A stretch of DNA of 37,556 nt, from NCBI GenBank assembly GCA_016201875.1, contig JACQBY010000146.1, positions 1 through 37,556 of the forward strand. Direction: 5' to 3'. The translations under genes were made by a program, and so were the position numbers. Of the stretch, positions 17,696 to 26,603 are shown in pieces. The stretch comes from Nitrospirota bacterium. GTDB lineage: Bacteria; Nitrospirota; Nitrospiria; JACQBW01. A model generated the notes under the pieces. It was not told where the DNA came from, searched no databases, and saw only the letters and a program-made list of their open reading frames with translations. Each line of letters opens with the position of its first letter. Position 1 is the first letter of the stretch.

Positions 17696-19612
17696 TTATT
17701 TTTTTTCTTTATCAACTTCTTCAAAAGTGGCATCGACGACATCCTCTTTCTTCTCATGAGCATGGGGATGCCCGTCGCCAGAAGCGGCGGCTCCTTCTGC
17801 CGCGGAAGCTGTCTTTTTATACATTTCTTCGGCCAGTTTATGAGACGACTTGGTCAGCTCTTCGACGGCGGAGCGGATGGCCTCCACCTCATTGGACTCG
17901 ACGGCCTTCCGGGCGGCGTTGATCTTTTCCTGAACCTGGTCTTTTTCGGCGGCGGATATTTTGTCTCCCAGGTCGGCAAGGGACTTTTCAACACTGTAAA
18001 TCAGGGTATCGGCTTCATTCCGGATCTCGGCAAGCGCCTTTTTCTTTTTATCTTCTTCGGCGTGAGCCTGAGATTCTTTCAGCATCTGGTCGATCTCTTC
18101 TTTGCTCAGTCCGCTTGAAGCGGTAATTTTAATCGATTGTTCTTTCTGGGTCGCCGTATCTTTGGCTGAAACGTGGACAATGCCGTTGGCGTCGATATCA
18201 AACGACACTTCGACCTGCGGGACCCCTCTCGGAGCCGGGGGTATTCCGACCAGATCAAACTGGCCGAGGAGTTTGTTGTCTCCCGCCATCTCTCTTTCTC
18301 CCTGAAAGACACGGATCGTTACGGCGGTCTGGTTATCGGCCGCGGTTGAAAAAACCTGGCTTTTTTTGGTCGGAATGGTTGTGTTCCGCTCGATGAGTTT
18401 GGTGAAAACGCCTCCCAGGGTTTCAATTCCAAGAGAGAGAGGAGTCACGTCAAGGAGGAGCACATCTTTTACTTCGCCCTTTAAAACGGCTCCCTGGATG
18501 GCGGCGCCCACGGCGACCACTTCATCAGGGTTAACCCCTTTATGAGGCTCCTTTCCGAAAAAATCCTTAACGATCTGCTGAACCTTCGGCATGCGGGTCA
18601 TTCCGCCGACGAGGACGACTTCATTGATTTCTTTCGCGGTCAGCCCGGCATCTTTTAAAGCCTTCCGGCAAGGTTCGATGGTTCTCTGAATCAGGTCGTC
18701 CACCAACTGCTCGAGTTTTGCCCGGGTAAGTTTGGTCACCAGATGTTTTGGGCCGCCGGCATCCGCCGTGATAAAGGGGAGGTTAATCTCGGTTTCCATG
18801 GAAGACGAAAGGGCGATTTTGGCTTTTTCGGCTTCTTCTTTTAAGCGCTGGAGCGCCATCTTGTCTTTTTTCAGGTCGATTCCCTGATCTTTTTTAAATT
18901 CGTCAATCAACCAGTCCATGACTTTTAAATCAAAATCGTCTCCTCCGAGGTAGGTGTCGCCATTGGTCGACTTGACCTCGAATACCCCTTCTCCGATTTC
19001 GAGGATAGAAACGTCAAAGGTTCCTCCACCCAGGTCATAAACGGCTATTTTTTCATCTTTTTTCTTATCCAGTCCATAGGCGAGGGCGGCGGCGGTCGGC
19101 TCATTGAGGATTCTCAAAATATTAAGTCCTGCAATGGTTCCGGCATCTTTCGTCGCCTGTCTCTGGCTGTCATCAAAATAGGCAGGAACGGTGACAATGG
19201 CTTCTTTCACCGGTTCGCCCAGGTAATCTTCCGCGGTTTGTTTCATTTTCTGTAAAATAATCGCTGAAATTTCAGGCGGACTGTAAATCCTTCCGCGGAT
19301 TTCTACGCTGGCATCTCCATTACTCCCCTCGACAACCTTGTAAGGGAGCCGTTTTTTGGCTTCAGCGGCTTCTTTTGCAGAAGCTTTCCTTCCCATCAGC
19401 CTTTTAATAGAGAAAATAGTGTTTTCCGGATTGGTGACGGCCTGACGTTTTGCGATTTGACCGACGAGCCGGTCTCCTTTATCGGTAAAAGCAACGACAG
19501 ACGGGGTAGTTCTCCCCCCTTCGGAGTTGGCGATCACAACCGGATCCCCCCCCGAAACAATCGATACGCACGAATTGGTAGTCCCCAGATCGATACCTAT
19601 TACTTTTGACAT
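17696..19612 (-). CDS. dnaK: Molecular chaperone DnaK (Hsp70)
   Basis: [34 protein letters not shown]; full-length Hsp70 of 638 aa. Confidence 0.99.
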   Translation of the reverse strand: MSKVIGIDLGTTNSCVSIVSGGDPVVIANSEGGRTTPSVVAFTDKGDRLVGQIAKRQAVTNPENTIFSIKRLMGRKASAKEAAEAKKRLPYKVVEGSNGDASVEIRGRIYSPPEISAIILQKMKQTAEDYLGEPVKEAIVTVPAYFDDSQRQATKDAGTIAGLNILRILNEPTAAALAYGLDKKKDEKIAVYDLGGGTFDVSILEIGEGVFEVKSTNGDTYLGGDDFDLKVMDWLIDEFKKDQGIDLKKDKMALQRLKEEAEKAKIALSSSMETEINLPFITADAGGPKHLVTKLTRAKLEQLVDDLIQRTIEPCRKALKDAGLTAKEINEVVLVGGMTRMPKVQQIVKDFFGKEPHKGVNPDEVVAVGAAIQGAVLKGEVKDVLLLDVTPLSLGIETLGGVFTKLIERNTTIPTKKSQVFSTAADNQTAVTIRVFQGEREMAGDNKLLGQFDLVGIPPAPRGVPQVEVSFDIDANGIVHVSAKDTATQKEQSIKITASSGLSKEEIDQMLKESQAHAEEDKKKKALAEIRNEADTLIYSVEKSLADLGDKISAAEKDQVQEKINAARKAVESNEVEAIRSAVEELTKSSHKLAEEMYKKTASAAEGAAASGDGHPHAHEKKEDVVDATFEEVDKEKK

Positions 19613-19797
19613 TTAAAACCTCCTGTCATTTCAATGATGGTGTAAATAAAGCCTGTAAAAAGAAATTTAATCACTCCGAAACGATAAATCAAGGGTGATT
19701 AAAAATAAAGTCGGGATATTATCATAAATGATGGTTTTTTATGAATATTTTGCTAATATTGCCTGATTTTTTAAGAACCGGCAGGTATCGGCGGGAA

Positions 19798-20358
19798 TTA
19801 TTCCTGTTTTTTCCTTGAAACCGAGACCATGGCAGGCCTCAAAACCCGATCTTTAAAGTAATATCCTTTTGAAACTTCTTCCGCGACATGATTATCCGGG
19901 AATTCGTCGGTCTCTACCTGAGAGATCGCCTGGTGTTTGGCGGGATCAAAAGGCTCTCCCTTTGCGGGAATCGGGGAGACCTCAAACCTGGATAAAACCT
20001 CCTGGCATTGCTTGATCATCAGCTGGAGTCCCTCATTGAGTTTATTGAGGTCTTTGGACTCTTTAGAATGGAAAAGGGCTCTTTCCAAATTATCGAGAAG
20101 AGGGAGGTATTCCCTTAATACCGGTTCAAAGGCATATTTCATAAAATCGAGCTGTTCCCGGGAGGTTCTCTTTTTGTAGTTTTCAAACTCGGCAGAGAGG
20201 CGGAGATATTTATCGTTTAATTCTTTTAACTCCTTCTCCTTTTTTTCGAGCAAATCAGCCTGTCCGACCTGTGGATCGCTTGACCCAAAGACCGGAGGCG
20301 TTTGAGCGGCTTCCTGTGCGGGCTTTTCTCCTTCCATGTCGTCCTTTTCTTTTAGCAT
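19798..20358 (-). CDS. grpE: Nucleotide exchange factor GrpE
   Basis: The coiled-coil N-terminus, then ...YLRLSAEFENYKKR...LLPLLDNLERAL...PFDPAKHQAIS... is the GrpE signature. Its position between hrcA and dnaK fits. The start could instead be the downstream ATG (MEGEK). Confidence 0.93.
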   Translation of the reverse strand: MLKEKDDMEGEKPAQEAAQTPPVFGSSDPQVGQADLLEKKEKELKELNDKYLRLSAEFENYKKRTSREQLDFMKYAFEPVLREYLPLLDNLERALFHSKESKDLNKLNEGLQLMIKQCQEVLSRFEVSPIPAKGEPFDPAKHQAISQVETDEFPDNHVAEEVSKGYYFKDRVLRPAMVSVSRKKQE

Positions 20359-21371
20359 AAATGGGCTTTCGTGATTAATTTGGCCGTATAGTCAACCAGC
20401 GAAATGACCCGGTGATATTCCATCCGGATCGGTCCGATGACCCCCACGGCGCCGACATCTTTTTCTCCGAGCCGGTAGCTTGAAATCACCAGACTGCATT
20501 CGTTGGCTTCGAGAAAAGCGTTTTCAGATCCGATCAGGACCTGCGGGCCTTCCGAAGAGAGGCACCGGTCGAGTAGTTTCACCAGCGCAACCTTTTCTTC
20601 AAATGCTTTAAATAAAGATTTAATTTTTTCCGTTTCGGTAAATTCAGGAAGGTCCATGATATTGGTTGTTCCTTCCAAAAAGAGCTGATTTTCCTGGAAC
20701 TCATTTAAGTTCTTTTTGTTAAGATCGAACACTTTGATCAGAAGCTGTTCATACCGTTTCTTTTCTTCATGCATTTCAGTCAGCAGAGACTTCCTGATCT
20801 CATCGAGGCTTCTATCCGAATATCGGTCATTAATGATTGCCGATAAACGGTCGAGCTCCTTTTGAGAGAGAGGTTCATCCATTTCAACCGTAATATTATA
20901 GGGGTGCCCGTCACCTGTCACGAAAATAGCGAGGATCAGATTTTTTTTCAAAGAGATGAATTTGATATGTTTAAAAATAATCGTCTCGATTCTGGGGGCC
21001 ATCACAATACTGGCGTACCCCGACAGGATCGACAATGTTTTTGAGGCATCATGGAGGAGTGTGTTCAGGTCTTCGGTTTTTGCCAGCTGATAATGTTCAA
21101 TTTCAGAAAGGTCTCTATTTTCTTCAAGGAGAAGGTCGACATAAAAACGGTAGGCCTTTTCGGTCGGAACTCTCCCCGCAGAGGTATGGGGCTGCAACAG
21201 AAACCCCAGGTCTTTCAGATCGGCCATGATATTTCGGATGGTGGCGGCGCTTAACCCGAAATCAAATTGTTTGGTAATGGACCTCGACCCGATAGGCGCG
21301 GCGGTTTTGATGTAAGAGATGACTGTTGCTTTTAAAATATCCTGATCGCGGTGGCTTAACTCAACTTCCAT
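20352..21371 (-). CDS. hrcA: Heat-inducible transcription repressor HrcA
   Basis: N-terminal winged-HTH ...ILKATVISYIKTAAPIGSRSI..., 339 aa, first gene of the dnaK operon, with a CIRCE element immediately upstream. Confidence 0.93.
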   Translation of the reverse strand: MEVELSHRDQDILKATVISYIKTAAPIGSRSITKQFDFGLSAATIRNIMADLKDLGFLLQPHTSAGRVPTEKAYRFYVDLLLEENRDLSEIEHYQLAKTEDLNTLLHDASKTLSILSGYASIVMAPRIETIIFKHIKFISLKKNLILAIFVTGDGHPYNITVEMDEPLSQKELDRLSAIINDRYSDRSLDEIRKSLLTEMHEEKKRYEQLLIKVFDLNKKNLNEFQENQLFLEGTTNIMDLPEFTETEKIKSLFKAFEEKVALVKLLDRCLSSEGPQVLIGSENAFLEANECSLVISSYRLGEKDVGAVGVIGPIRMEYHRVISLVDYTAKLITKAHLC

Positions 21372-21412
21372 TTGTCCTGTTTAAAAGGAGGTTTATTAAA
21401 ATTCACAGAGGC

Positions 21413-21439
21413 TTGGCACTCTAAGATAAAGAGTGCTAA
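21413..21439 (-). promoter_or_regulatory. CIRCE operator (HrcA binding site)
   Basis: TTGGCACTC-TAAGATAAA-GAGTGCTAA, against the consensus TTAGCACTC-N9-GAGTGCTAA. It has one mismatch and the exact 9-nt spacer, and lies 42 nt upstream of the hrcA start. Confidence 0.9.
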
Positions 21440-21468
21440 TTTTAACAAAAAAGGACCAAACCTGTCAA
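21439..21468 (-). promoter_or_regulatory. Putative sigma70-type promoter of the hrcA-grpE-dnaK-dnaJ operon
   Basis: On the minus strand: TTGACA (21468-21463), an 18-nt spacer, then TAAAAT (21444-21439), abutting CIRCE as in the Bacillus arrangement. Confidence 0.6.
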
Positions 21469-21534
21469 ATCCTTCAGGCTGTCGGAAATCCATTTAGTAC
21501 TACAGCGGATTTTTTACAAATATGCCCATTTATC

Positions 21535-21631
21535 CGTCATTCCGGTATGCTTTAAGCCGGAATCCAGTGACTTTGCCGCCGTATTTTCTTGAAAACACCT
21601 GGATTCCCGATAGAGACATTCGGGAATGACG
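21535..21631. repeat. Inverted doublet of 33-nt REP-like hairpin units (REPIN-like)
   Basis: The left unit, 21535-21567, is CGTCATTCCGG-tatgctttaag-CCGGAATCCAG. The right unit, 21599-21631, reads on the opposite strand as CGTCATTCCCGA-atgtctcta-TCGGGAATCCAG. Both share the arms CGTCATTCC...GGAATCCAG, each unit is itself a hairpin, and a 31-nt spacer separates them. Confidence 0.7.
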
Positions 21632-22166
21632 AAAGCCGTTTCAGGTATTCGCCCCGCGGGATTTCAATCGCTCCGAATGTTTTAAGGTGGGGGGTGATGA
21701 ATTGGGTGTCCAGGAGGATGAACCCCCGTTCTTTCAACCGGTTGACCAGGAAAGCGAGGCAGGCTTTTGAGGCATCCCGCTCCAGGGTAAACATCGATTC
21801 CCCCATGAACGCTCCCCCGAGGCTTACCCCGTAGAGCCCTCCGGCCAGACGCTCATCGACGTAGGCCTCAACCGAATGGGCTTTCCCGATTTTGTGAAGC
21901 GCTGTATACGCCGAAACAATTTCGTCGTTGATCCAGGTTTCCTCCCGGTTGGCACAGGCCAGGAGGACCTTTTTAAATTGACGATTGACCTCAATTTTAA
22001 ATTTTTGCTGCCGGAGCGTCCGCGCCAGCCGCGAGGGGAGATGAAATTGGTCAAGATCGATGATCCCCCGGGGGTCTGGTGAATACCAGTCGATGGCTCC
22101 ATCTTTGCCGCCCATCGGGAAAATTCCCTGGCGATAAGCTGTTTCGAGGAGTTGAGGGGTTATCAT
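21552..22166 (-). CDS. aat: Leucyl/phenylalanyl-tRNA--protein transferase
   Basis: ...LLETAYRQGIFPM...IDWYSPDPRGII...HLPSRLARTLR...ETWINDEIVSAYTALHKIGKAHSVE...LAGGLYGVSLGGAFMGESMF...DASK...L..L...GF.LLDTQ..T.HL..FGA.EIPR.EYL is the Aat signature. I prefer the ATG at 22166, because the track's 22238 start overlaps argJ. The last 27 or so codons are encoded by the REP-like doublet. Confidence 0.85.
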   Translation of the reverse strand: MITPQLLETAYRQGIFPMGGKDGAIDWYSPDPRGIIDLDQFHLPSRLARTLRQQKFKIEVNRQFKKVLLACANREETWINDEIVSAYTALHKIGKAHSVEAYVDERLAGGLYGVSLGGAFMGESMFTLERDASKACLAFLVNRLKERGFILLDTQFITPHLKTFGAIEIPRGEYLKRLSSFPNVSIGNPGVFKKIRRQSHWIPA

Positions 22167-22218
22167 ACTCGAAGTATCGTGATAGAGATCGCCTGCTGTT
22201 AAGAAGGGAGTCAGAAAT

Positions 22219-23424
22219 TTATGTCCGGTAAGAAGCATTAATTTTAATGTAATCGTAAGATAAATCGGTCGTCCAGACGCGCGCCTCTTCTGATCCCTGA
22301 TGGAGATCCACCGTCAGAAAAAGTTCTTTTTGTTTTAAGGTTTTAACCACTTTCTTTTCTGTGGCATTTCCCAGTCCAATCCCGTTTTTAACAAAGGGGA
22401 ATCCATTCATCGACAGGGATATTTTATTTTCAACGATCGGCACCCCTGAACATCCGATGGCAGCCATGATTCGTCCCCAGTTGGCATCCTCGCCAAAAAA
22501 GGCGGTTTTTACGAGAGGGGATCGGGCAATCGAATAAGCGACTTTTTTTGCCTCTGACCCGCTTTTGGCTCCTTTGACGTCAATTGTAATAAATTTTGTG
22601 GCCCCTTCTCCATCTTTGACAATCATCTTTGCCAGTTCCCGGCACGCGGTTAGAACAAGTTCTGAGAACTGTTTAAACTCTTTTGATTCTGCAGAGAAAG
22701 ACCGGTTTTGAGCATGACCATTGGCCAAAATTAAAACCATGTCATTGGTGCTCGTTGTATCGACGGTAATGGAGTTAAAAGAGAGGGCGGCGCTCTTTTT
22801 CAAAGCTTTCTTGAGAAGCGAAGAGGAGGCCCTGGCGTCGGTTCCCAGAAAAGCAAGCATCGTCGCCATATTCGGGTGAATCATTCCGGATCCCTTCGCG
22901 AATCCCCCCACGGTTATCATTTTCCCACCGACATTCCCTCTGACGGTAATTTTTTTCGGAAAAGTATCGGTGGTCATAATTCCTTCGGCGGCCAGATGAC
23001 AACCGGGGATGGACAACTGCCCGGTCAGATCTGGAATGGCCCGTATGATTTTATGAATGGGGAGGGGTTCGCTGATTTTACCTGTTGAGGCGATCAGTAT
23101 ATCGCTTTCCTGGATTTGAAGCGCTTTTGCCGTTGCTCTTATCGCGGCGAGGGACGATCTTTCCCCGGATTTCCCTGTGCAGACGTTGGCGTTTCCGCTA
23201 TTGATAATGACCGCGCGGGCCTTTCCCCTTTTGAGCAGTTTGTTCCTGGTAATGATGACCGAGGAGGCGGCTACCCGGTTTTGGGTAAATACGCCGGCGG
23301 CAGAACATTCATTGGCCGAGTAGATCAGGGCCAGATCCGGTTTCTTGACCTGTTTAATCCCGCAATATAGCCCGGCTCCTAAGAATCCAGCTACCTTTGA
23401 AAGGCCTTCATGACTTATTTTCAT
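22219..23424 (-). CDS. argJ: Bifunctional glutamate N-acetyltransferase / amino-acid acetyltransferase
   Basis: The self-cleavage motif region ...GSGMIHPNMATMLAFLGTDA..., 401 aa, and an ATGA overlap with argC. Confidence 0.93.
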   Translation of the reverse strand: MKISHEGLSKVAGFLGAGLYCGIKQVKKPDLALIYSANECSAAGVFTQNRVAASSVIITRNKLLKRGKARAVIINSGNANVCTGKSGERSSLAAIRATAKALQIQESDILIASTGKISEPLPIHKIIRAIPDLTGQLSIPGCHLAAEGIMTTDTFPKKITVRGNVGGKMITVGGFAKGSGMIHPNMATMLAFLGTDARASSSLLKKALKKSAALSFNSITVDTTSTNDMVLILANGHAQNRSFSAESKEFKQFSELVLTACRELAKMIVKDGEGATKFITIDVKGAKSGSEAKKVAYSIARSPLVKTAFFGEDANWGRIMAAIGCSGVPIVENKISLSMNGFPFVKNGIGLGNATEKKVVKTLKQKELFLTVDLHQGSEEARVWTTDLSYDYIKINASYRT

Positions 23425-24470
23425 GGAAAAATCCCCGGAGAGGCCAGTCCTGACGTTTCTTCCAGTCCGAACATCAGGTTCATATTTTGAATTGCCTGCC
23501 CCGAGGCCCCTTTGGTTAAATTATCGATAGCGCTATAGAGCGAAATGACCCCTGTTTTAGGGTCTTTAGAAAAGCCGATATGGCAATAGTTTGACCCCCG
23601 GACATTTTTGGGATTGGGAGAAAGACCCGGTTTCAGGATTTGAACAAAAGGCTCCTGGTCATAATATTTCTTATAAAGGTCTTCCAGAAAAATTTTTTTT
23701 GTTTTTAATTTCAGGTAGATGACGCTTAATATGCCCCGCGATATGGGAAGAAGTTGAGGCGTAAAGGTAATGGGGCGGTATTGACCCGAAAAATGTTCAA
23801 TTTCCTGCTCGATTTCCGGAATATGGCGGTGTTTTCTCCCTGTTTTATACGGTTCTATCCCTTCATCGGCTTCACTGAAATGGGTCCGGATATCGGGTGA
23901 CCGGCCTGCCCCTGACACCCCCGATTTAGCGTCAATAATGAGAGGAAAGTCGGGATCGACTAAACCTTCCTTCAAAAGGGGATAGAGGGGGAGGAGAATG
24001 CTGGTCGGATAACAGCCGGGGTTAGCGACAAGAGACGCCGATTTGATCTTTTTGCGGTAGACTTCTGTCAGTCCATAAACGGCCTGGGTCAAAAGGCCGG
24101 GGTTTAAATGGTCAAGGTGGTACCATTCCTGATAAAGGGCCGGTTTGTTTAACCGGTAATCCGCTCCCAGATCGATGATCTTTACCCCTTTTTCAAGCAA
24201 GGAGGGGACGAGGGTCATCGCCGTTCCATGCGGGAGCGCGACAAAAAAGAGATCAGGTTTTGAAGATTTTTCGATCGTCGCAATTTTTTTAAGCGTCAGA
24301 TTAATGATCCCTGTTAAGGAAGGGAAGAGTTCATCAATTTTTTTCCCCGCGGACTGCTCGGAGGTTACAAAGGTCACCTCGACGCCGGGGTGCCGGGAGA
24401 GGAGTCTTAAAAGTTCCCCGCCGGTATAGCCTGTCGCTCCGATAATGCCGACTTCTATTTTTTCTGCCAT
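23421..24470 (-). CDS. argC: N-acetyl-gamma-glutamyl-phosphate reductase
   Basis: VGIIGATGYTGGELLRLL (NAD(P)-binding region) and the catalytic-Cys motif VANPGCYPTS. Confidence 0.95.
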   Translation of the reverse strand: MAEKIEVGIIGATGYTGGELLRLLSRHPGVEVTFVTSEQSAGKKIDELFPSLTGIINLTLKKIATIEKSSKPDLFFVALPHGTAMTLVPSLLEKGVKIIDLGADYRLNKPALYQEWYHLDHLNPGLLTQAVYGLTEVYRKKIKSASLVANPGCYPTSILLPLYPLLKEGLVDPDFPLIIDAKSGVSGAGRSPDIRTHFSEADEGIEPYKTGRKHRHIPEIEQEIEHFSGQYRPITFTPQLLPISRGILSVIYLKLKTKKIFLEDLYKKYYDQEPFVQILKPGLSPNPKNVRGSNYCHIGFSKDPKTGVISLYSAIDNLTKGASGQAIQNMNLMFGLEETSGLASPGIFP

Positions 24471-24481
24471 AGGATTTTCCT

Positions 24482-24512
24482 AAAAAAAAAGGGTGCTATA
24501 AGCACCCTTTTT
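24482..24512 (-). terminator. Rho-independent terminator after rplM-rpsI (symmetric, potentially bidirectional)
   Basis: A9 tract, GGGTGCT-ata-AGCACCC (7-bp GC-rich stem, 24491-24507), then T5. On the minus strand the stem is followed by a T9 run, 32 nt downstream of the rpsI stop. Confidence 0.8.
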
Positions 24513-24543
24513 AAAATCTAAATGAATTCCAGAATAACCGAAA

Positions 24544-24936
24544 TTACCGTTTTGAGAACTGGAATTTTTTCCGGGCGCCTTTTTGACCATATTTTTTTCT
24601 TTCTTTGGTCCTCGGGTCTCTTGTGATAAGACCCTCTTTTTTAAGCCGTTCCCTCAGGCCGGGATTTAAAGCCAGGAGGGCTTTTGAAATCCCATGCCGT
24701 ACAGCGCCAGCCTGTCCTGTCAGGCCTCCGCCAAAGACATTCGCGGTCACATTGTATTTACCGGCCAGACCGACCGCTTCAAACGGCTGTTTGACCATCA
24801 TTTTCCAGGCTTCTCTGGGGAAATAAGATTCAAAGGGGGTTTTGTTGATTAAAATTTTTCCTTCACCCGGTTCAATGCTGACGCGAGCGACAGCTTCTTT
24901 TCTTTTTCCGGTTGATATATTTAAGATAGTTGCCAT
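24544..24936 (-). CDS. rpsI: 30S ribosomal protein S9
   Basis: ...GTGKRKEAVARV...GGGLTGQAGAVRHGISKAL...RDPR.KERKKYG..GARK..QFSKR. Confidence 0.98.
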   Translation of the reverse strand: MATILNISTGKRKEAVARVSIEPGEGKILINKTPFESYFPREAWKMMVKQPFEAVGLAGKYNVTANVFGGGLTGQAGAVRHGISKALLALNPGLRERLKKEGLITRDPRTKERKKYGQKGARKKFQFSKR

Positions 24937-24943
24937 AGGATCC

Positions 24944-25390
24944 TTACGATGCTTTTAAGGTAAAAGGTTTGGGTTGTTGAGCCTGGTGAGGGTGGTCGGA
25001 CCCCTTATAAACCCGTAGTTTTCTCAGGATTTCAGAGCCAAGCGTGTTATGGGGAATCATTCCTGAGATGGCCCTGAAAACCAGGCTGTCAGGTTTTTCT
25101 AAAAGCAATTTTTCGGCGGTGGTTGTTTTTAACCCGCCGGGGTAGCCGGAATGGTGATGATAAAGCTTCCCTTTTAATTTATTTCCCGTCAACCGGATTT
25201 TCTCCGCGTTGATGACAATCACATGGTCGCCCATATCGATATGAGGGGTGAAAACAGGTTTATGTTTTCCTCTCAAAAGGACGGCGGCCTGGGTGGCTAA
25301 ACGTCCCAATACCTGATCTGTGGCGTCAATAATAAACCACTTGGGTTCGACGGTTTCTTTTTTAACCTGGGTTGTTTTCGATATCTTCAC
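24944..25390 (-). CDS. rplM: 50S ribosomal protein L13
   Basis: GTG start. ...KWFIIDATDQVLGRLATQAAVLLRGKHKPVFTPHIDMGDHVIVINAEKI..TG.K...K.Y..HSGYPGG. Confidence 0.98.
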   Translation of the reverse strand: MKISKTTQVKKETVEPKWFIIDATDQVLGRLATQAAVLLRGKHKPVFTPHIDMGDHVIVINAEKIRLTGNKLKGKLYHHHSGYPGGLKTTTAEKLLLEKPDSLVFRAISGMIPHNTLGSEILRKLRVYKGSDHPHQAQQPKPFTLKAS

Positions 25391-25483
25391 TGAACGTATC
25401 CTTCACTATTTCTAGCTCTATTTCTAGAGGGTTGCTTCTTTAATGGATGAATAGACCAAACAAGGAACCGGAACAAAACGAAA

Positions 25484-25512
25484 ATATTACATAAGTCCGG
25501 ATAATAAGTCAA
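25484..25512 (-). promoter_or_regulatory. Putative sigma70-type promoter of rplM-rpsI
   Basis: On the minus strand: TTGACT (25512-25507), a 17-nt spacer, then TAATAT (25489-25484), about 90 nt upstream of the rplM GTG. Confidence 0.5.
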
Positions 25513-25520
25513 TTGAAAAT

Positions 25521-25967
25521 TTAACTTTCAAGACCCATTTGTTGGGCGGGCTGTTTTTCCTTTAGATTGATATGCTGTTTTAAATAAACATCTTCTTTAA
25601 TGAAGATGGGGGATTTTAAACGGACGGCCAGCGCGATGGCATCGCTTGGACGCGAGTCGACGATTAATTCCGATCCCCGGTTTTCCAGGTGGAGATTGGC
25701 AAAATAGGTCCCCTGAACCAGTTTGTGGATCACAACCTTCCGCAGGGGGGTTTTAAAGAAGGTCATCAGATCCTTTAAAAGGTCGTGGGTCAAAGGTCTT
25801 TCCAACGCGGTCTCTTCGAGAATGATTTTAATGGCATGGGCTTCCGACGGGCCGATCCAGATTGGAAGAAATTTTCCAGTTCCGTTTTCTTTTGCTTTTA
25901 AGACGAGGATTTGCTGGTTGGCCTGGGTGTCGGGAATCAGGCCATGAATGCTGACTTCAATATCCAT
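25521..25967 (-). CDS. DUF151 / bifunctional nuclease (BFN) domain protein, paralog 1
   Basis: ...QILVLKAKENGTGKFLPIWIGPSEAHAIKIILEETALERPLTHDLLKDLM......ANLHLENRGSELIVDSRPSDAIALAVRLKSPIFIKEDV matches the DUF151 pattern (PIWIG..EA.AI, RPLTHDL, D.RPSDAIALA). Confidence 0.8.
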   Translation of the reverse strand: MDIEVSIHGLIPDTQANQQILVLKAKENGTGKFLPIWIGPSEAHAIKIILEETALERPLTHDLLKDLMTFFKTPLRKVVIHKLVQGTYFANLHLENRGSELIVDSRPSDAIALAVRLKSPIFIKEDVYLKQHINLKEKQPAQQMGLES

Positions 25968-25994
25968 AATCGTTTTTTTGATTCTCCATTTTTA

Positions 25995-26603
25995 TTAAGG
26001 CATTTTTCTGATAAGCTGGATCGACGCCGCTTCCATGACCTTTTCAAAGGGCGCCGGGGTTTGAGGAAAAATCAGAATCTCATATCCCCTCGCCTCTTCA
26101 CTGGCGTCCCAGACGATTTCTCCGGCATCCACATCCCATATCCGGGCGGTTAATTTCAGTTGAGTGGCCCCATCGGCCAGACGGGTACTGACCAGGTCGG
26201 GCCAGAGCAAAAATCGTTTTTCCACCGCGCGGCCGACTTTCCGTATGAGAAGCGCTTTCGGGGTATCCTTTTTCGGGTCTGTGTCAAGGAGCTGTCGGTA
26301 CTCCTCTTCAAAACCCCCCTGTTTTGCCAGGTCCGGGATCTGTGAAGGTTCCACCAGATTATTTAAATCTTTTTGGAGTCCTTTGAATGACCGGAGAAAG
26401 ATATCCTGGGCCGTTTTTATATAGGCGGCGTCTTCATAATTAAACGTCAGAGGGAGGATGACCACCCCCTCCCGCGCAAGCTGATCATGGGAAAAAGCGA
26501 ACCTTTTGTAGTTCAGACTGTAAATATGGTCGATGGAGGCGCAGGAACACAGAATAAAGGCCAGCGATAAAAGAATGAACGGGCGGACCTTTTTAGGCAT
26601 CAT
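25995..26603 (-). CDS. Hypothetical lipoprotein
   Basis: N-terminal MMPKKVRPFILLSLAFILCSCAS has a basic n-region, a hydrophobic core and a lipobox-like L-C-S-C. I recognise no other motif. It overlaps the upstream DUF151 gene by 11 nt. Confidence 0.6.
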   Translation of the reverse strand: MMPKKVRPFILLSLAFILCSCASIDHIYSLNYKRFAFSHDQLAREGVVILPLTFNYEDAAYIKTAQDIFLRSFKGLQKDLNNLVEPSQIPDLAKQGGFEEEYRQLLDTDPKKDTPKALLIRKVGRAVEKRFLLWPDLVSTRLADGATQLKLTARIWDVDAGEIVWDASEEARGYEILIFPQTPAPFEKVMEAASIQLIRKMP

